DNA from: an uncultured Gammaproteobacteria bacterium
GTDB taxonomy: Bacteria > Patescibacteriota > Patescibacteriia > UBA9570
Direction of reading: 5' to 3'
DNA length: 64,000 bases
Assembly (NCBI GenBank): GCA_964385285.1
Contig: CAYLOJ010000005.1
Span: 493-64,492, forward strand
In this document: positions 36,976 through 47,480 of the stretch, piece by piece
Layout of the letters: each line of letters starts with the position of its first letter
Position numbering within the stretch: position 1 is the first letter of the stretch
Notes under the pieces: generated by a model
Told to the model about the DNA's origin: nothing
Databases searched by the model: none
The model's input: only the letters and a program-made list of their open reading frames with translations
Made by a program: the position numbers and the translations under genes

Positions 36976-39900
36976 TATTGATCGTCAATGGATTGATCTC
37001 CCTGATGCATTACCTCAGGTCGATCTCAAGGCTGAACGTGTCGTTCCAGATGCTGCCGAAGTGAACGCTCCTGAATTAGGTTTGCGTAAACGTTGGACAA
37101 CCTTAGTACAAGGTGTCCGTGAGCAGTATAAAGGTTGGAAGGAGCGATTAATGGATCGTACTGATGAAACCTTAACTGAGATCGCTGACCAATATGTTGG
37201 TGATTGGCGTGAGACACAGCCGACGACCATGTGGCAATCGGCCAAGCGTGCGGTGGAAGCAACGCGTAAATCGCTGACTTTACGCAAAGCCATGGATTTA
37301 TCTGTGCGAGGTGCATTGGTTGGAATTGAGTTTAATGCCCAAATGGCCGCCAAACAATTTTTAGTGGACATTGCGATTCGTCAGGCCGATTGTGATACCT
37401 TAGCAGAAAAATATGCTGGCCACGGTGGGGTTGCCGCAGTGGAAGCGGAAGCGATGAAATTTGCGGATCAAGTACGTCAACATTTTGCAGAGCTACAACG
37501 CGTTTCAGAGCGCATGATGCCAGCAGAGGGTGGTGACCGTGAAGCCTACCGGCAGCAGCACATTGAACGTGGCATGAAGTATGCGCACGAATTATTACAA
37601 GGAGTAACCATCATTCCGGAGCAACGTCGCCAGGCGATTTTGGGAGATATCCATCGGCATCTAGATACAGTAGTGTTTGATGGTGAGAAATCTTCATTGA
37701 TGCGCGGTTATGAAAAATTATCTGGGCAATGGAGCAATGCTATACAGGGTATTGTCGAGCGCCACGTGGATATTTATCAAGCACGTAAAGCACGCAATAC
37801 GGCGGTGTTAACGACCGGTGCGCGCTGGCTAACGCTCGGCGTAGAAAGTTTCGTCATTGGCAAGGCGATGTCTACTTACAGCACTGTATCAGTAAATTAT
37901 GAGAAAGCATTGCAACAGCGTCCCGCGCACGAACGGACCACTGGAAAACGACTAGAAGCGTTGGCCGAAAGCGTGCGTACTAGTCTGCGTCAATTCGCGC
38001 TCCATGACAGATTTGAATTAGCTTTACGAAATAATAAAACTGTGAGTGCGAGTGTTGAGCGTTTGATTACTCCCGAACAACAAGCTGCCGACTTTGAAAG
38101 TTTTGCTGTGGATCAAATTGCGATTAGCTTATGGACGGAGTATGGTGAGCAGCTCAAAGCGCGTGGAATCTCTGAAGATGATTTGTATGCACGTGTGGAG
38201 GATATAGCCGCCTTTCAAGGTGATCGTCGCCAAGCCCTAGAGCGGCTGTTGAAGCATAAGTTGCTGGGAATGCATCGGGAAGTAGTGAAGGCAAGTGCCA
38301 AACAGTATGAGCATCTGTTTAATCAGTTTAATGCTACGGTTACTACCTTGGGAATGTTAGAACACCTCGATACCACTTTAGAGGCTAAATATGTTCCGGC
38401 CGTTGATGCCACAGCGGCTAATATTGAAACCGTATTAACACATCTGCAGGATGCCGTGCAGGAAATTACAGTCACGCGGGTGACCTCGACGGATTCGGCT
38501 AGTGCGGTTGTTACGATACCCGATTCTTATGATTATTCCTATGATGCTTTGCATCAATCGGTTGATCCTGAAGCTTTTGCCGCTGGTGAAGAGGTTCCGC
38601 CGGAGAATACCGTTGCCAATGTACATTATGTAGTGGAGTCTGGCGAAACTACCTGGAAGATTGCCAGTGATCATTTGGAGTGGTACCGCCAACGCGAGGG
38701 TAATGATCACTTAACCGTTCCACAGGCAGTGGAATTATTAGCACGAGATAATCATCTCACAAACGCGGCGCGTATCGAAGTAGGTCAAACATTAGTCTTA
38801 CCAACGGAGCTACCGCCTGCAGTGGATGACAGCGATGATCCTTATGGCGAATCTGTAGAAGAAGCGCCACGACTGCCAGAAGGGATGTGGGAACAAGATC
38901 GCGTCATGTCACATGAGCAAGCGGTGATGGCAGCCAAAGGAGTGGATCATCATTTAGCGAACGACCATTATGTCTCCGGCGCTACGCGTGAAGATCTGAA
39001 TAAATTGCCACCGGGTGATTATGTGACGATCTTTGGTGAGCGTATGGGTAAGCGGAACAATACGATGGGTGTATTTTATGATCAAGTGTATGACTTACAT
39101 GTGGACGCCACTGGTGCAGTAACCGCCAAAGAGCATGGCGTGGCCGATACCACGCCGATGGATTTGAGTGAGTTACTGAGCACGGAACAAGCTCCAATTG
39201 TGCGAGTATTTAGTTTGGAGGCGACGGATTTGACGATCGATCATGGACGTCTCAATTCAGCGGAATGGTCTGACTATAATTTAGCCATGATTGAATCGTT
39301 AAAACATGAGGCGGTCCGTGTTGAAGATAAAGATGGCGCCTATTGTGCGAAGGATATGGCTGGTCGTTTTAATCTAATGGCAGAACAGCTGGCTGCAAAA
39401 ATTGGTGTAAACATTATTGATGGTCGAGGTGAATTATCTGGCGTGACTGTGCATGCCCCGATGGTGGCAGAAGCGATTATTACGAATGGTGGTCAAGAAC
39501 TAGCCACACTGAAAACATATTTTACTGTGGATGCTGGCGGTGCACACCCACAAGAGAACTTAAACAGTGACAATGCCGTGTATCGCTACGGTGTGGATCA
39601 GTGGATTAAAGCTGCAGCCGCTAATCCGTTAGAAATTGGAACATTTTATTTTACCGGTACCCATATTAACGATATCATCGCTGCCAATCGCGAGATTGGT
39701 GGTGAGCCCAATTCACATGTGGTTACATTGTTGGGTGAGCAGAATCATGAATTGACCGTTCCCAAAGACACAACGATGGCGGCTTTGTTGCATAACCGTT
39801 TTGGCCTGAGTAAGACTGATTTGGCAGAACGTGGCTATTTGTTTGAAAGTTTAGGCATCGAAGTGAATGGTCAAGTCATTACCAATCAGGCGGAATGGTT

Positions 39901-41839
39901 GCAGCAACCGGTGCAAGCTGGTGATGAAATTGTGATTCATGATGTAGCCTTGAATCATCGCTTTAATGGTGATCATGCCGATACGTTAGTCACTATGTTG
40001 GTGAATGATGAGCGTCTGATACCCGTTAGTATCTTAGAGCCGAATGCTGAAATCATGAATGCAGCGTTGCGTGGTGATCCGACGATCGACAATGCGGTCA
40101 TGGTGGATCAATTTATGCAAGTCAAAGCTGGTCAGGGGTTAGCGGAGTTAATGGGTGAAGCTGGATTATCATCAGACTTATGGAAGGCGGCAGAGTTTGT
40201 ATTAGCTGAACGTGGTATTAACCCAGAAACGGTACGCACGGGTGATTTAGTGCCAATCTACAATGAGGAGGCATTACGGGCGCAACTCGATACGATCTAT
40301 GAACGTGCGGAACAGCGCATGGAGGCAGCTGATGGCAGTGGTGTGCAGGTACATATTGTGCGTCCGCATGAAAGCATGGATGATCTTGCAGCCGGGTTCT
40401 TTGACCGCGAGCGTTACTCCGCTGCAGAGTGGGCACAGATCCGTGATCAGATTGCTTACAAGGCTCAGATTCCTAATGGGGAAAAAGCGATGCCAGGGGA
40501 TTTACATACCATGCCGTATACGATCAAAGAGTATCATTTGCAAGCCGATGCAGTGATTAAGCTAGACGATAATACTTTAGCAGATTTCGAGAAACACATT
40601 TGGCAGCAGCGCGCTGATGAACGTGCCTACTTGCCTGATACACTACCCATTGCTGTCGAGGACGGTATCGTTGAGCAAGCCATTCCAGATGAGATTAGTC
40701 GTTTGATTGATACCGTTGTGGATAGTAATCCAGAATATGGAGAGCAGGTACGGATAGCGTTAGCATTGGTTTACGCCAATGAAGGGATGCGCGAAACCGC
40801 TGATCAAAATTGGTTGACTGAACAACTTGCCTGGGTGAATGCACATTTAGTTGATCGCTCAGCGACGTTAGAGCAGGCGATGATCTGGTCGGAATATCTC
40901 ACTAGTCGCCAAGCTCAGAAAGATGTAGCTTGGGCCATCCAAGATCAGCCCATGGCCAAAGCTGTACTAGACAGTGTGATTGCCCAAGCCAAAGTAGGTT
41001 CTGCAGAACGACGGGCACTCGTTGAAGCTTATCCTACGGCATTATGGTTACCAGGAGAGTTTGGAGATAGTATTGTTGATCCGATCATTGGCCAAATGGA
41101 AAAAGTAGCGGGTGTTTCTTCCGCTGGTTTGTTTCAAGTCCGGGCTAATAACTTCTTCGAGAAAACGGATCCCGCGCATGATCAACTGGAAGTAGACTTG
41201 CGTGCTGACCCGTTGTTGAACACTCACGCTGCTGCTGAAATTTTACATCGCAATGAGGCGGCTATAGATACCTATGTTGCAGCCTTTGGTGATCCGCAAG
41301 CGAAGAGTGAAACTGCTCATGTACTGGCACTGGTGAACTCTTACAATGGCGGGCCTTACAAAACCATGTTAGGTAGTCTACAAGAACGCATTCTATATTT
41401 TGCGGATCATGAACACGTACAGATCCCGTTAGAGCAAGCTAGCGGCCGCAACACCGAAGCTACCCAAGCAGCCTTGCTGGCAATGTGTGATCAATTACGC
41501 AGTGAAGGTAAACTAATGGTTCCACAGGATCAGGTTGAGCGTGATGTGGCGTTGTTGGGGAAGGAAACGATTGGTTTCTTGCGTAGTGATACTATGCAGC
41601 AATTAAAAGGTGCATACGAAGAAAGTACTGGTCAGTCACTTAGCATTTTACCTACCGCTGATCGTTTAACGGACGCTAAGGTTTCCTATGCTAATTATGC
41701 ATTACTATCCACTCGTGGTGGTAGCTTAGATGCAATTATTGAGCACTCTCAAAATGTTCGGATTGCTCAAGGCAACGCGGTTGTGAAGGGTTATGCACGT
41801 AACCTTGCGATTCCTTATTCCAGTGTTACTCCAAGCTAA
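36968..41839 (+). CDS. giant hypothetical protein (1623 aa) with an internal LysM-like segment
   Basis: Uninterrupted ORF with uniform host-like composition. Residues ~546-606 '[23 protein letters not shown]...[10 protein letters not shown]' fit LysM. No signal peptide recognised. Confidence 0.7.
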   Translation: MNSIDRQWIDLPDALPQVDLKAERVVPDAAEVNAPELGLRKRWTTLVQGVREQYKGWKERLMDRTDETLTEIADQYVGDWRETQPTTMWQSAKRAVEATRKSLTLRKAMDLSVRGALVGIEFNAQMAAKQFLVDIAIRQADCDTLAEKYAGHGGVAAVEAEAMKFADQVRQHFAELQRVSERMMPAEGGDREAYRQQHIERGMKYAHELLQGVTIIPEQRRQAILGDIHRHLDTVVFDGEKSSLMRGYEKLSGQWSNAIQGIVERHVDIYQARKARNTAVLTTGARWLTLGVESFVIGKAMSTYSTVSVNYEKALQQRPAHERTTGKRLEALAESVRTSLRQFALHDRFELALRNNKTVSASVERLITPEQQAADFESFAVDQIAISLWTEYGEQLKARGISEDDLYARVEDIAAFQGDRRQALERLLKHKLLGMHREVVKASAKQYEHLFNQFNATVTTLGMLEHLDTTLEAKYVPAVDATAANIETVLTHLQDAVQEITVTRVTSTDSASAVVTIPDSYDYSYDALHQSVDPEAFAAGEEVPPENTVANVHYVVESGETTWKIASDHLEWYRQREGNDHLTVPQAVELLARDNHLTNAARIEVGQTLVLPTELPPAVDDSDDPYGESVEEAPRLPEGMWEQDRVMSHEQAVMAAKGVDHHLANDHYVSGATREDLNKLPPGDYVTIFGERMGKRNNTMGVFYDQVYDLHVDATGAVTAKEHGVADTTPMDLSELLSTEQAPIVRVFSLEATDLTIDHGRLNSAEWSDYNLAMIESLKHEAVRVEDKDGAYCAKDMAGRFNLMAEQLAAKIGVNIIDGRGELSGVTVHAPMVAEAIITNGGQELATLKTYFTVDAGGAHPQENLNSDNAVYRYGVDQWIKAAAANPLEIGTFYFTGTHINDIIAANREIGGEPNSHVVTLLGEQNHELTVPKDTTMAALLHNRFGLSKTDLAERGYLFESLGIEVNGQVITNQAEWLQQPVQAGDEIVIHDVALNHRFNGDHADTLVTMLVNDERLIPVSILEPNAEIMNAALRGDPTIDNAVMVDQFMQVKAGQGLAELMGEAGLSSDLWKAAEFVLAERGINPETVRTGDLVPIYNEEALRAQLDTIYERAEQRMEAADGSGVQVHIVRPHESMDDLAAGFFDRERYSAAEWAQIRDQIAYKAQIPNGEKAMPGDLHTMPYTIKEYHLQADAVIKLDDNTLADFEKHIWQQRADERAYLPDTLPIAVEDGIVEQAIPDEISRLIDTVVDSNPEYGEQVRIALALVYANEGMRETADQNWLTEQLAWVNAHLVDRSATLEQAMIWSEYLTSRQAQKDVAWAIQDQPMAKAVLDSVIAQAKVGSAERRALVEAYPTALWLPGEFGDSIVDPIIGQMEKVAGVSSAGLFQVRANNFFEKTDPAHDQLEVDLRADPLLNTHAAAEILHRNEAAIDTYVAAFGDPQAKSETAHVLALVNSYNGGPYKTMLGSLQERILYFADHEHVQIPLEQASGRNTEATQAALLAMCDQLRSEGKLMVPQDQVERDVALLGKETIGFLRSDTMQQLKGAYEESTGQSLSILPTADRLTDAKVSYANYALLSTRGGSLDAIIEHSQNVRIAQGNAVVKGYARNLAIPYSSVTPS

Positions 41840-42477
41840 AGTTTGCGACCAGCGTCTTGCAAAAATTTAGCCAGGCCACTTTCTGTTAGTGGATGCTGAA
41901 ATAGTTGTTCGAATACTTTATAAGGAATCGTGGCAACATCAGCACCTACTTCTGCTGCTTGCTTTACATGTTGAGGGTGTCGGACAGATGCTACTAACAC
42001 TTGAGTAGAGAATGCATAGTTGCGTAGTACGTGTAGTATATCTGAGACCACTGCCATTCCATCTTGGCCGATATCATCTAGGCGACCAACAAATGGTGAG
42101 ATAAACGTGGCGCCGGCTTTTGCAGCCAATAATGCCTGGTTAGGAGTGAATACTAATGTGACATTGGTCATGATCCCTTTGGCAGATAAAGCCTGTACAA
42201 CCGGCATGGCGGCTTTAATCATGGGCAGTTTGACCGTAATATTTTTGTGTAATTTGGCTAACGCTAACCCTTCGACGAGCATTTCCTCAGTCGTCGTCGA
42301 TAACACTTCAGCGGAAATTGGGCCATCTACATATTGGCAGATCTCTTGAATGACTTCTTCGCGATTACGCCCCGCTTGTGCTACTAATGTGGGGTTTGTG
42401 GTAATGCCGTCGATTAAACCCGTACTAGCTGCGAGTTTGATCTCCTCGATGGAAGCAGTATCTAAAAATAGTTTCAT
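41836..42477 (-). CDS. transaldolase-family protein (fructose-6-phosphate aldolase/TalC type)
   Basis: '[14 protein letters not shown].....[12 protein letters not shown]' and the Schiff-base Lys region 'ITVKLP'; 213 aa. Confidence 0.85.
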   Translation of the reverse strand: MKLFLDTASIEEIKLAASTGLIDGITTNPTLVAQAGRNREEVIQEICQYVDGPISAEVLSTTTEEMLVEGLALAKLHKNITVKLPMIKAAMPVVQALSAKGIMTNVTLVFTPNQALLAAKAGATFISPFVGRLDDIGQDGMAVVSDILHVLRNYAFSTQVLVASVRHPQHVKQAAEVGADVATIPYKVFEQLFQHPLTESGLAKFLQDAGRKL

Positions 42478-42514
42478 AGACCAAAAGCATAGCGCTAAAT
42501 AGGGTGTTTGTAAA

Positions 42515-42814
42515 TTAAGATTGCTGCGCGTACATTACCCAACGTATGATGCGTTCTAATTCGGCAACTACTACTGGTGAGCGATAATCACCGGCGTGAC
42601 GTTTCAGACCCGCTAGTTTGATCGTGCTTTGCTTTTGATCAAGATGTAATGATAAATCCAAGCTAGAGGTATCGTCTCGCAAGTAGAGATGAAAGCGGGG
42701 ATAGAAGGCATTGCTCAGTTGACGCACCCAAGCATCTTGCAATGGGTGATAACCAGCCTGGCGCAGTACATTTGCTACGTTGATTTGGCGTTGCAGAGTT
42801 ACTGTTTTGTCCAT
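42515..42814 (-). CDS. hypothetical protein
   Basis: 99-aa ORF with host-like composition. Confidence 0.35.
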   Translation of the reverse strand: MDKTVTLQRQINVANVLRQAGYHPLQDAWVRQLSNAFYPRFHLYLRDDTSSLDLSLHLDQKQSTIKLAGLKRHAGDYRSPVVVAELERIIRWVMYAQQS

Positions 42815-43413
42815 AGTTGTTGCAAAATGACTAGAACGCTGCCGGATCGCACTGTAATTAAGAGTGGCTCTTCTGTAGTTTCGTTCGAAATGCCGGAAGA
42901 TTGACCATCTAAGACTAAATCATTGCCGTTCCAGCAACAACCAGTAATCGCCACAGTAGCCGTTGTGCCTGCGACTGGCACGATTGAGAATGGGAGATCC
43001 GCTGGTAGGTCTAGTGCTAATTGATCACGGACAATTTGGAGTCGTTGGTACGGCGTATAGAGATAACGGATCTCAGGATGGAGGCTAGCAAGTTGGATAG
43101 CACTTAAGGTGTGATCTAATCGCTCAGCACTCGTGACCGATAATAGATCGACCGTATAGGGTTGGGCATAATGTTCTGCTAACCAGGCTAATCCCTTTTG
43201 TAAATCCGTCGTGGTTTGATCGGGAATCGATAGGTAGGCAGTGTCATTCGCAATTGAATCGCCATCACCCAAGGTAATGAGCGGAGTGATGCCTAGTTGA
43301 GTGCAGTGTTTGTAGCCACCGTCCAGTGCAACTACGCCAGTGTAATCGTTCATCAATGCGAAGGCTGGCACGAATGGGCCATTGCCGATGAGAGCAAACT
43401 GTTGAGCAGACAT
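42799..43413 (-). CDS. thiamine pyrophosphokinase-like protein
   Basis: 'VALDGG..........PLITLGDGDS' and 'DQTTTDLQKGLAWL' resemble TPK catalytic motifs. Start taken at Met-25 to avoid an antisense overlap. Confidence 0.45.
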   Translation of the reverse strand: MSAQQFALIGNGPFVPAFALMNDYTGVVALDGGYKHCTQLGITPLITLGDGDSIANDTAYLSIPDQTTTDLQKGLAWLAEHYAQPYTVDLLSVTSAERLDHTLSAIQLASLHPEIRYLYTPYQRLQIVRDQLALDLPADLPFSIVPVAGTTATVAITGCCWNGNDLVLDGQSSGISNETTEEPLLITVRSGSVLVILQQLWTKQ

Positions 43414-43467
43414 ATGGCCACGATAGGCTATCTTTTGCTGCTTGGCAAGGTGTGGTAAGCTAAACGC

Positions 43468-43884
43468 ATGGGAGAATTGCTTCACCGTTATGAGTATCCA
43501 AGTCAGGAGGATGTGATTGAATTATTCGCACCTAACTTAGTGCGCGTTAAATTTGGAACTATTACCGTTGCAGAAGAGGATAATACACGCGAAACCCAGT
43601 GGGTGCTACAGTGCCTACAGGATATGAAGCAACGTAGTGGTGGTCAAAAACTGAAGGTATTAATTGATCTCACTTCTATTGATTCCGGAGAATATAATAG
43701 TAAAGAATCGAATCGGCTCTATCGAGAGATGTTAAAAGATGAGGCGATTGAGCGAGTAGCTGCATTTGGTTTACATACAGGCTGGCAAATGTTAATCGAT
43801 TTGCTGCGGGTATTTGTGCCGAATAAATTGAAAACCTTTAGCACAGAACAGCAAGCCAGGAAGTGGTTAGAGGTGAACAACTAG
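43468..43884 (+). CDS. hypothetical protein
   Basis: 138-aa ORF directly upstream of truB. Confidence 0.4.
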   Translation: MGELLHRYEYPSQEDVIELFAPNLVRVKFGTITVAEEDNTRETQWVLQCLQDMKQRSGGQKLKVLIDLTSIDSGEYNSKESNRLYREMLKDEAIERVAAFGLHTGWQMLIDLLRVFVPNKLKTFSTEQQARKWLEVNN

Positions 43885-43887
43885 TCC

Positions 43888-44553
43888 ATGTTATTAGTAG
43901 ATAAAGCGGTTGGCTGGTCTTCGTTCGATGTTGTTGCAAAAGCACGCAAGGCGTTACAAGTTAAACGCATTGGTCATGCTGGTACATTAGATCCAGCCGC
44001 TACGGGTTTGTTGATTGTTCTGGTGGGTCGAGAGGAAACAAAGCAGCAGGATCGCTTCATGAAGCTAGAGAAAGAATATGAGGTGACATTTGAGTTGGGA
44101 AAGGTCAGCACTACGGATGATGCTGAAGGAGAAATTACTGTCCGAGAGATGGATCATGTGATTACTCGCTCTGAGTTTGAAGCTGTGCTGCAGCGGTTCA
44201 TTGGACCGATTCAACAACAACCCCCGATCTATTCTGCGATCCATATTAACGGGGAACGTGCCTATAAATTAGCTCGACAAGGCAAAGCGGCAGATGTAGT
44301 CATCCCGTTTCGAACCGTCATGATTCACGCAATCCAAATCATCGCCATGCAACTGCCGTTCATTACTTTGAGAGTGAGCTGCTCACACGGAACCTACATC
44401 CGTTCATTAGTGCGCGATATCGGTGAAGCGCTAAACTGCGGTGCTTATGTGACCGCCTTACGTCGCACTAAAATTGGTAGTTACCGTGTGGAGAACGCTA
44501 TGAGCGTCGACCAAATAACGACAGCACAAAACCAACCGTTGACACTAGAATAA
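43888..44553 (+). CDS. truB: tRNA pseudouridine(55) synthase TruB (short form)
   Basis: 'GHAGTLDPAATGLL' catalytic-Asp motif and 'KxY' region. Confidence 0.85.
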   Translation: MLLVDKAVGWSSFDVVAKARKALQVKRIGHAGTLDPAATGLLIVLVGREETKQQDRFMKLEKEYEVTFELGKVSTTDDAEGEITVREMDHVITRSEFEAVLQRFIGPIQQQPPIYSAIHINGERAYKLARQGKAADVVIPFRTVMIHAIQIIAMQLPFITLRVSCSHGTYIRSLVRDIGEALNCGAYVTALRRTKIGSYRVENAMSVDQITTAQNQPLTLE

Positions 44554-45310
44554 TCGTCGGTCCAGCCGGAAGATCCAAAACAAAGGATAAGATCAAGCCA
44601 ACTACGGTTGAGATGATGCTGACTAGAATGGATAGCCAGACTAATTGTCGAAACGATCCAGCTATGTTCTTAGCGATGGCAGCTGGTAGGATCAATAAAC
44701 CTGTAACTAGAATAATCCCAACCACTTTAATGCTGACTGCAATCGTCAACGCCGTCACGACGAAGAATGCATAATCTAACCATTCGCCATGGATGCCTCG
44801 CACATACGCAAAGTCCGGTGAGAAGGTAATCAATAACAGGCGCTTGCTAGTAACGAGTAGAAAACTAATGACGCCAACGGCTACGACAATACTAGCTAAC
44901 ACATCAACCCATCCTAAGGTTAAGATATCGCCAAATAATATACTAAAAAGTTCAGAGCGATAGGTAGGAAGTAGGCTCATTAATACCACACCTAGTGACA
45001 GGCCGGAGGAGAAGATCACGCCTACCACGGTGTCGAGGCCAATCCGTGATCGATTTTTGATATACACCGTGACCACTCCAATGGCAATACAAAATACAAT
45101 AGCAGCAATGGTGGGCGAGATCTGCAGTAATAACCCAAGTGCAATACCGGCTAGCGCTGAGTGTGCGATGGTGTCTGCATAAAATGACAAGTTACGGAGC
45201 GTGACAAATACTCCTAAGAACGCTGCCGTTACACCAATACATAATCCTGCAACCAGCGCGCGTTGCATGAAGGGGAGAGAAAACATTTGTTGAATGAGAT
45301 CAAACGTCAT
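44498..45310 (-). CDS. metal (Zn/Mn) ABC transporter permease, ZnuB/MntB family
   Basis: 8-TM ABC-3 family architecture; adjacent to the ATPase. Confidence 0.75.
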   Translation of the reverse strand: MTFDLIQQMFSLPFMQRALVAGLCIGVTAAFLGVFVTLRNLSFYADTIAHSALAGIALGLLLQISPTIAAIVFCIAIGVVTVYIKNRSRIGLDTVVGVIFSSGLSLGVVLMSLLPTYRSELFSILFGDILTLGWVDVLASIVVAVGVISFLLVTSKRLLLITFSPDFAYVRGIHGEWLDYAFFVVTALTIAVSIKVVGIILVTGLLILPAAIAKNIAGSFRQLVWLSILVSIISTVVGLILSFVLDLPAGPTIILVSTVGFVLSLFGRRS

Positions 45311-45312
45311 AT

Positions 45313-46023
45313 CTAATCGTGGTGATGTTGATCAATTTTGGTCAATGGAATTCCGTACATTTTCTGAAAGTTTTCTTGCGTGAAGACATCTTGCGGCCGC
45401 CCTGTGCAAACCAGTTCTTTATTCAAGCAGAGTACTTCGTCAGCATATTGAGCAGTCACATCAATATCATGTGACACCATTACAATCGTCGTACCATCTT
45501 TTTCATTCAGCTTATGCAGGTAATGGTATAACTCAGCTTGTCCACGTGGATCAATACCGCTCGAAAATTCATCTAGGAACAATACCTTAGGTTTCGTACT
45601 AAGGACACCAGCTAATAACACCCGTTGCAATTGCCCTCCAGATAATTTCCCAACCCGTTGTTTCAGTAATCCGCTGACTGCAAACAGATCATCCAATTTA
45701 GGTAAGGTGTTATGCGTCCACCAACCATTGGCGTGGAGATACATATGTAAAAATTCTTCAACTGTAATCGGGAAACTAGTATCCACGGCTAAGCGTTGAG
45801 GTACATACCCGACTTCATCGACAGCAAAGTGGCGCGTAATCGTCCCGGCGCTCGGATTAAGCAAACCGACCATAATGCGGAGCAGTTGAGTCTTTCCCGC
45901 TCCATTTGGTCCAAGAATCGAGACAAATGCTCCTTCTGGAATCACAAAGCCAACATCACTCAACACAGTAATATCACCGAAGCGGAGTTGTAGATTGTCG
46001 GCGTGTATTAAATCACCATGCAT
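45313..46023 (-). CDS. metal ABC transporter ATP-binding protein (ZnuC-like)
   Basis: Walker A 'GPNGAGKT'; 'LSGGQLQRV'; Walker B 'LFLDEF'. Start set at Met-36 to remove the overlap with the VIT gene. Confidence 0.8.
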   Translation of the reverse strand: MHGDLIHADNLQLRFGDITVLSDVGFVIPEGAFVSILGPNGAGKTQLLRIMVGLLNPSAGTITRHFAVDEVGYVPQRLAVDTSFPITVEEFLHMYLHANGWWTHNTLPKLDDLFAVSGLLKQRVGKLSGGQLQRVLLAGVLSTKPKVLFLDEFSSGIDPRGQAELYHYLHKLNEKDGTTIVMVSHDIDVTAQYADEVLCLNKELVCTGRPQDVFTQENFQKMYGIPLTKIDQHHHD

Positions 46024-46087
46024 GCGATGACTGTACTGATTAATTAGTGATTTGTCAATACTATCGGAAGGTGTATACTCACTACGT

Positions 46088-46798
46088 ATGGCAAAGAAAA
46101 ATAACTTGATTAAAGAGTCCAAATACATTTGGGTAGCCGATTTTGTCTACGGAGGCATTGATGGCTCCGTCACTACATTTGCGGTCGTGGCCGGTGTGGC
46201 TGGTGCTCAATTGCCAGTTTCAATCGTCTTAATTATGGGATTCGCCAACTTAATTGCTGATGGAATTTCCATGGCAGTGAGTAAATATTCTGGAGACAAG
46301 GCAGAAAAAGAACGCATCCAACGCATTCGGCGCATGGAATACAAATCTATTCGTGAAAATCCTGCCGAAGAACGTAGTGAGATTGAAGAAATTTTATACG
46401 ATCATGGTTTTCGGGGTAAAGCGCTAGACAGTGCTGTTCATGTGATTACGAAAGATAAAGATGTTTGGGTGGAAACGATGATGAAGTACGAATTTAATGT
46501 GGCTGAAGAGGCTATTTATCCATTAAAGGGTGCGCGTACTACCTTTATTGCGTTTAATGTCATCGGTGTTATTCCGCTGATCAGCTATCTCTTTCAGCCA
46601 GTGTTGCAGTTGAATGAATTTAACGTGTTTGCTTTAGCCTCTGCCTTTACTATGTTGGCACTGTTTATTGTTGGTGCTGTAAAATCGAAGTTTACGGACG
46701 AAGCGTGGTGGAAATCTGGATTCAAAACAGTCTTAGTAGGCGGCATTGCAGCGACATCTGCATACTTAGTAGGTTATTTCCTTCAAGGCATTGCGTAA
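46088..46798 (+). CDS. VIT1/CCC1-family iron/manganese transporter
   Basis: 'FVYGGIDGSVTTFAVVAGVAGAQL' hallmark; 5 TM helices. Confidence 0.7.
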   Translation: MAKKNNLIKESKYIWVADFVYGGIDGSVTTFAVVAGVAGAQLPVSIVLIMGFANLIADGISMAVSKYSGDKAEKERIQRIRRMEYKSIRENPAEERSEIEEILYDHGFRGKALDSAVHVITKDKDVWVETMMKYEFNVAEEAIYPLKGARTTFIAFNVIGVIPLISYLFQPVLQLNEFNVFALASAFTMLALFIVGAVKSKFTDEAWWKSGFKTVLVGGIAATSAYLVGYFLQGIA

Positions 46799-47480
46799 CC
46801 ACATACACTTATTTTGGTTGGGTATAGTGCCAGCTCTCGGCTGGCAATTTGCATTAGCGTTAGTTTATTTAGTCTGGGTTCCCAGTGATCAAACTCAATT
46901 CGCCTACGCTCTAGCTAAACTATGGTTGGTGCTCTGGCCATTACTGTGGTGGCGAAGCTTAACACACATTATCCCAAAACTACAGCCACAACGTTCATTG
47001 AGCATCCGGTATGGCTTGGGTCTGGCAGCAATGATCATGTTCTGTTTAGGCATAGTAGGGTGGTTACTGCAACCAGTACTATTAGCATTACAACCAGAGA
47101 TTAGTACAAGATTATCAGAGATTGGTTTAACTCAAACCAGTTATCTCATTTTTGCTCTCGGATTATCACTGGTGCATTCTGCCTTTGAAGAATGGTACTG
47201 GCGGGGGTTTGTATTTCGAGGATTGCGCACAAAACTAAATTGGACTGCGGCTGCTGTCATTAGCAGTGTGGCGTTCTCCGCACATCATGCGATTGTTCTG
47301 TATCAATTTGCACCACTCTGGCTGACTATCCTCGGGACGAGTGCGATTGCCGTTGTAGGGTATCTGTGGTGCAGCATGTATCAGCGGTCAGGTAGTTTAC
47401 TTGGCAGCTGGTTGAGTCACGTCGTAGCTGATCTAGCAGTGATGGCGATAGGGTATTGGATCTGTTTTTTGGCAGCTTGA
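46791..47480 (+). CDS. CPBP-family intramembrane metalloprotease (CAAX protease-like)
   Basis: 'EEWYWRGF' (EExxxR motif), conserved His 'FSAHH', and 'H..AD'. Confidence 0.7.
   Translation: MRNHIHLFWLGIVPALGWQFALALVYLVWVPSDQTQFAYALAKLWLVLWPLLWWRSLTHIIPKLQPQRSLSIRYGLGLAAMIMFCLGIVGWLLQPVLLALQPEISTRLSEIGLTQTSYLIFALGLSLVHSAFEEWYWRGFVFRGLRTKLNWTAAAVISSVAFSAHHAIVLYQFAPLWLTILGTSAIAVVGYLWCSMYQRSGSLLGSWLSHVVADLAVMAIGYWICFLAA

Noticed and set aside
37015-37371. Internal antisense and overlapping short ORFs inside large genes (37015-37371, 38435-38710, 17300-17875, 15994-16525 and others).
   Set aside because: They are fully contained within longer, motif-supported ORFs on the other strand. There is no independent evidence for them.
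46024-46128. Overlap of 77 bp between the ZnuC-like gene (minus strand) and the VIT gene (plus strand), using track coordinates.
   Set aside because: Resolved by internal starts: Met-36 for ZnuC ('MHGDLIHADNLQL') and Met-13 for the VIT protein. This is not a genuine antisense overlap.
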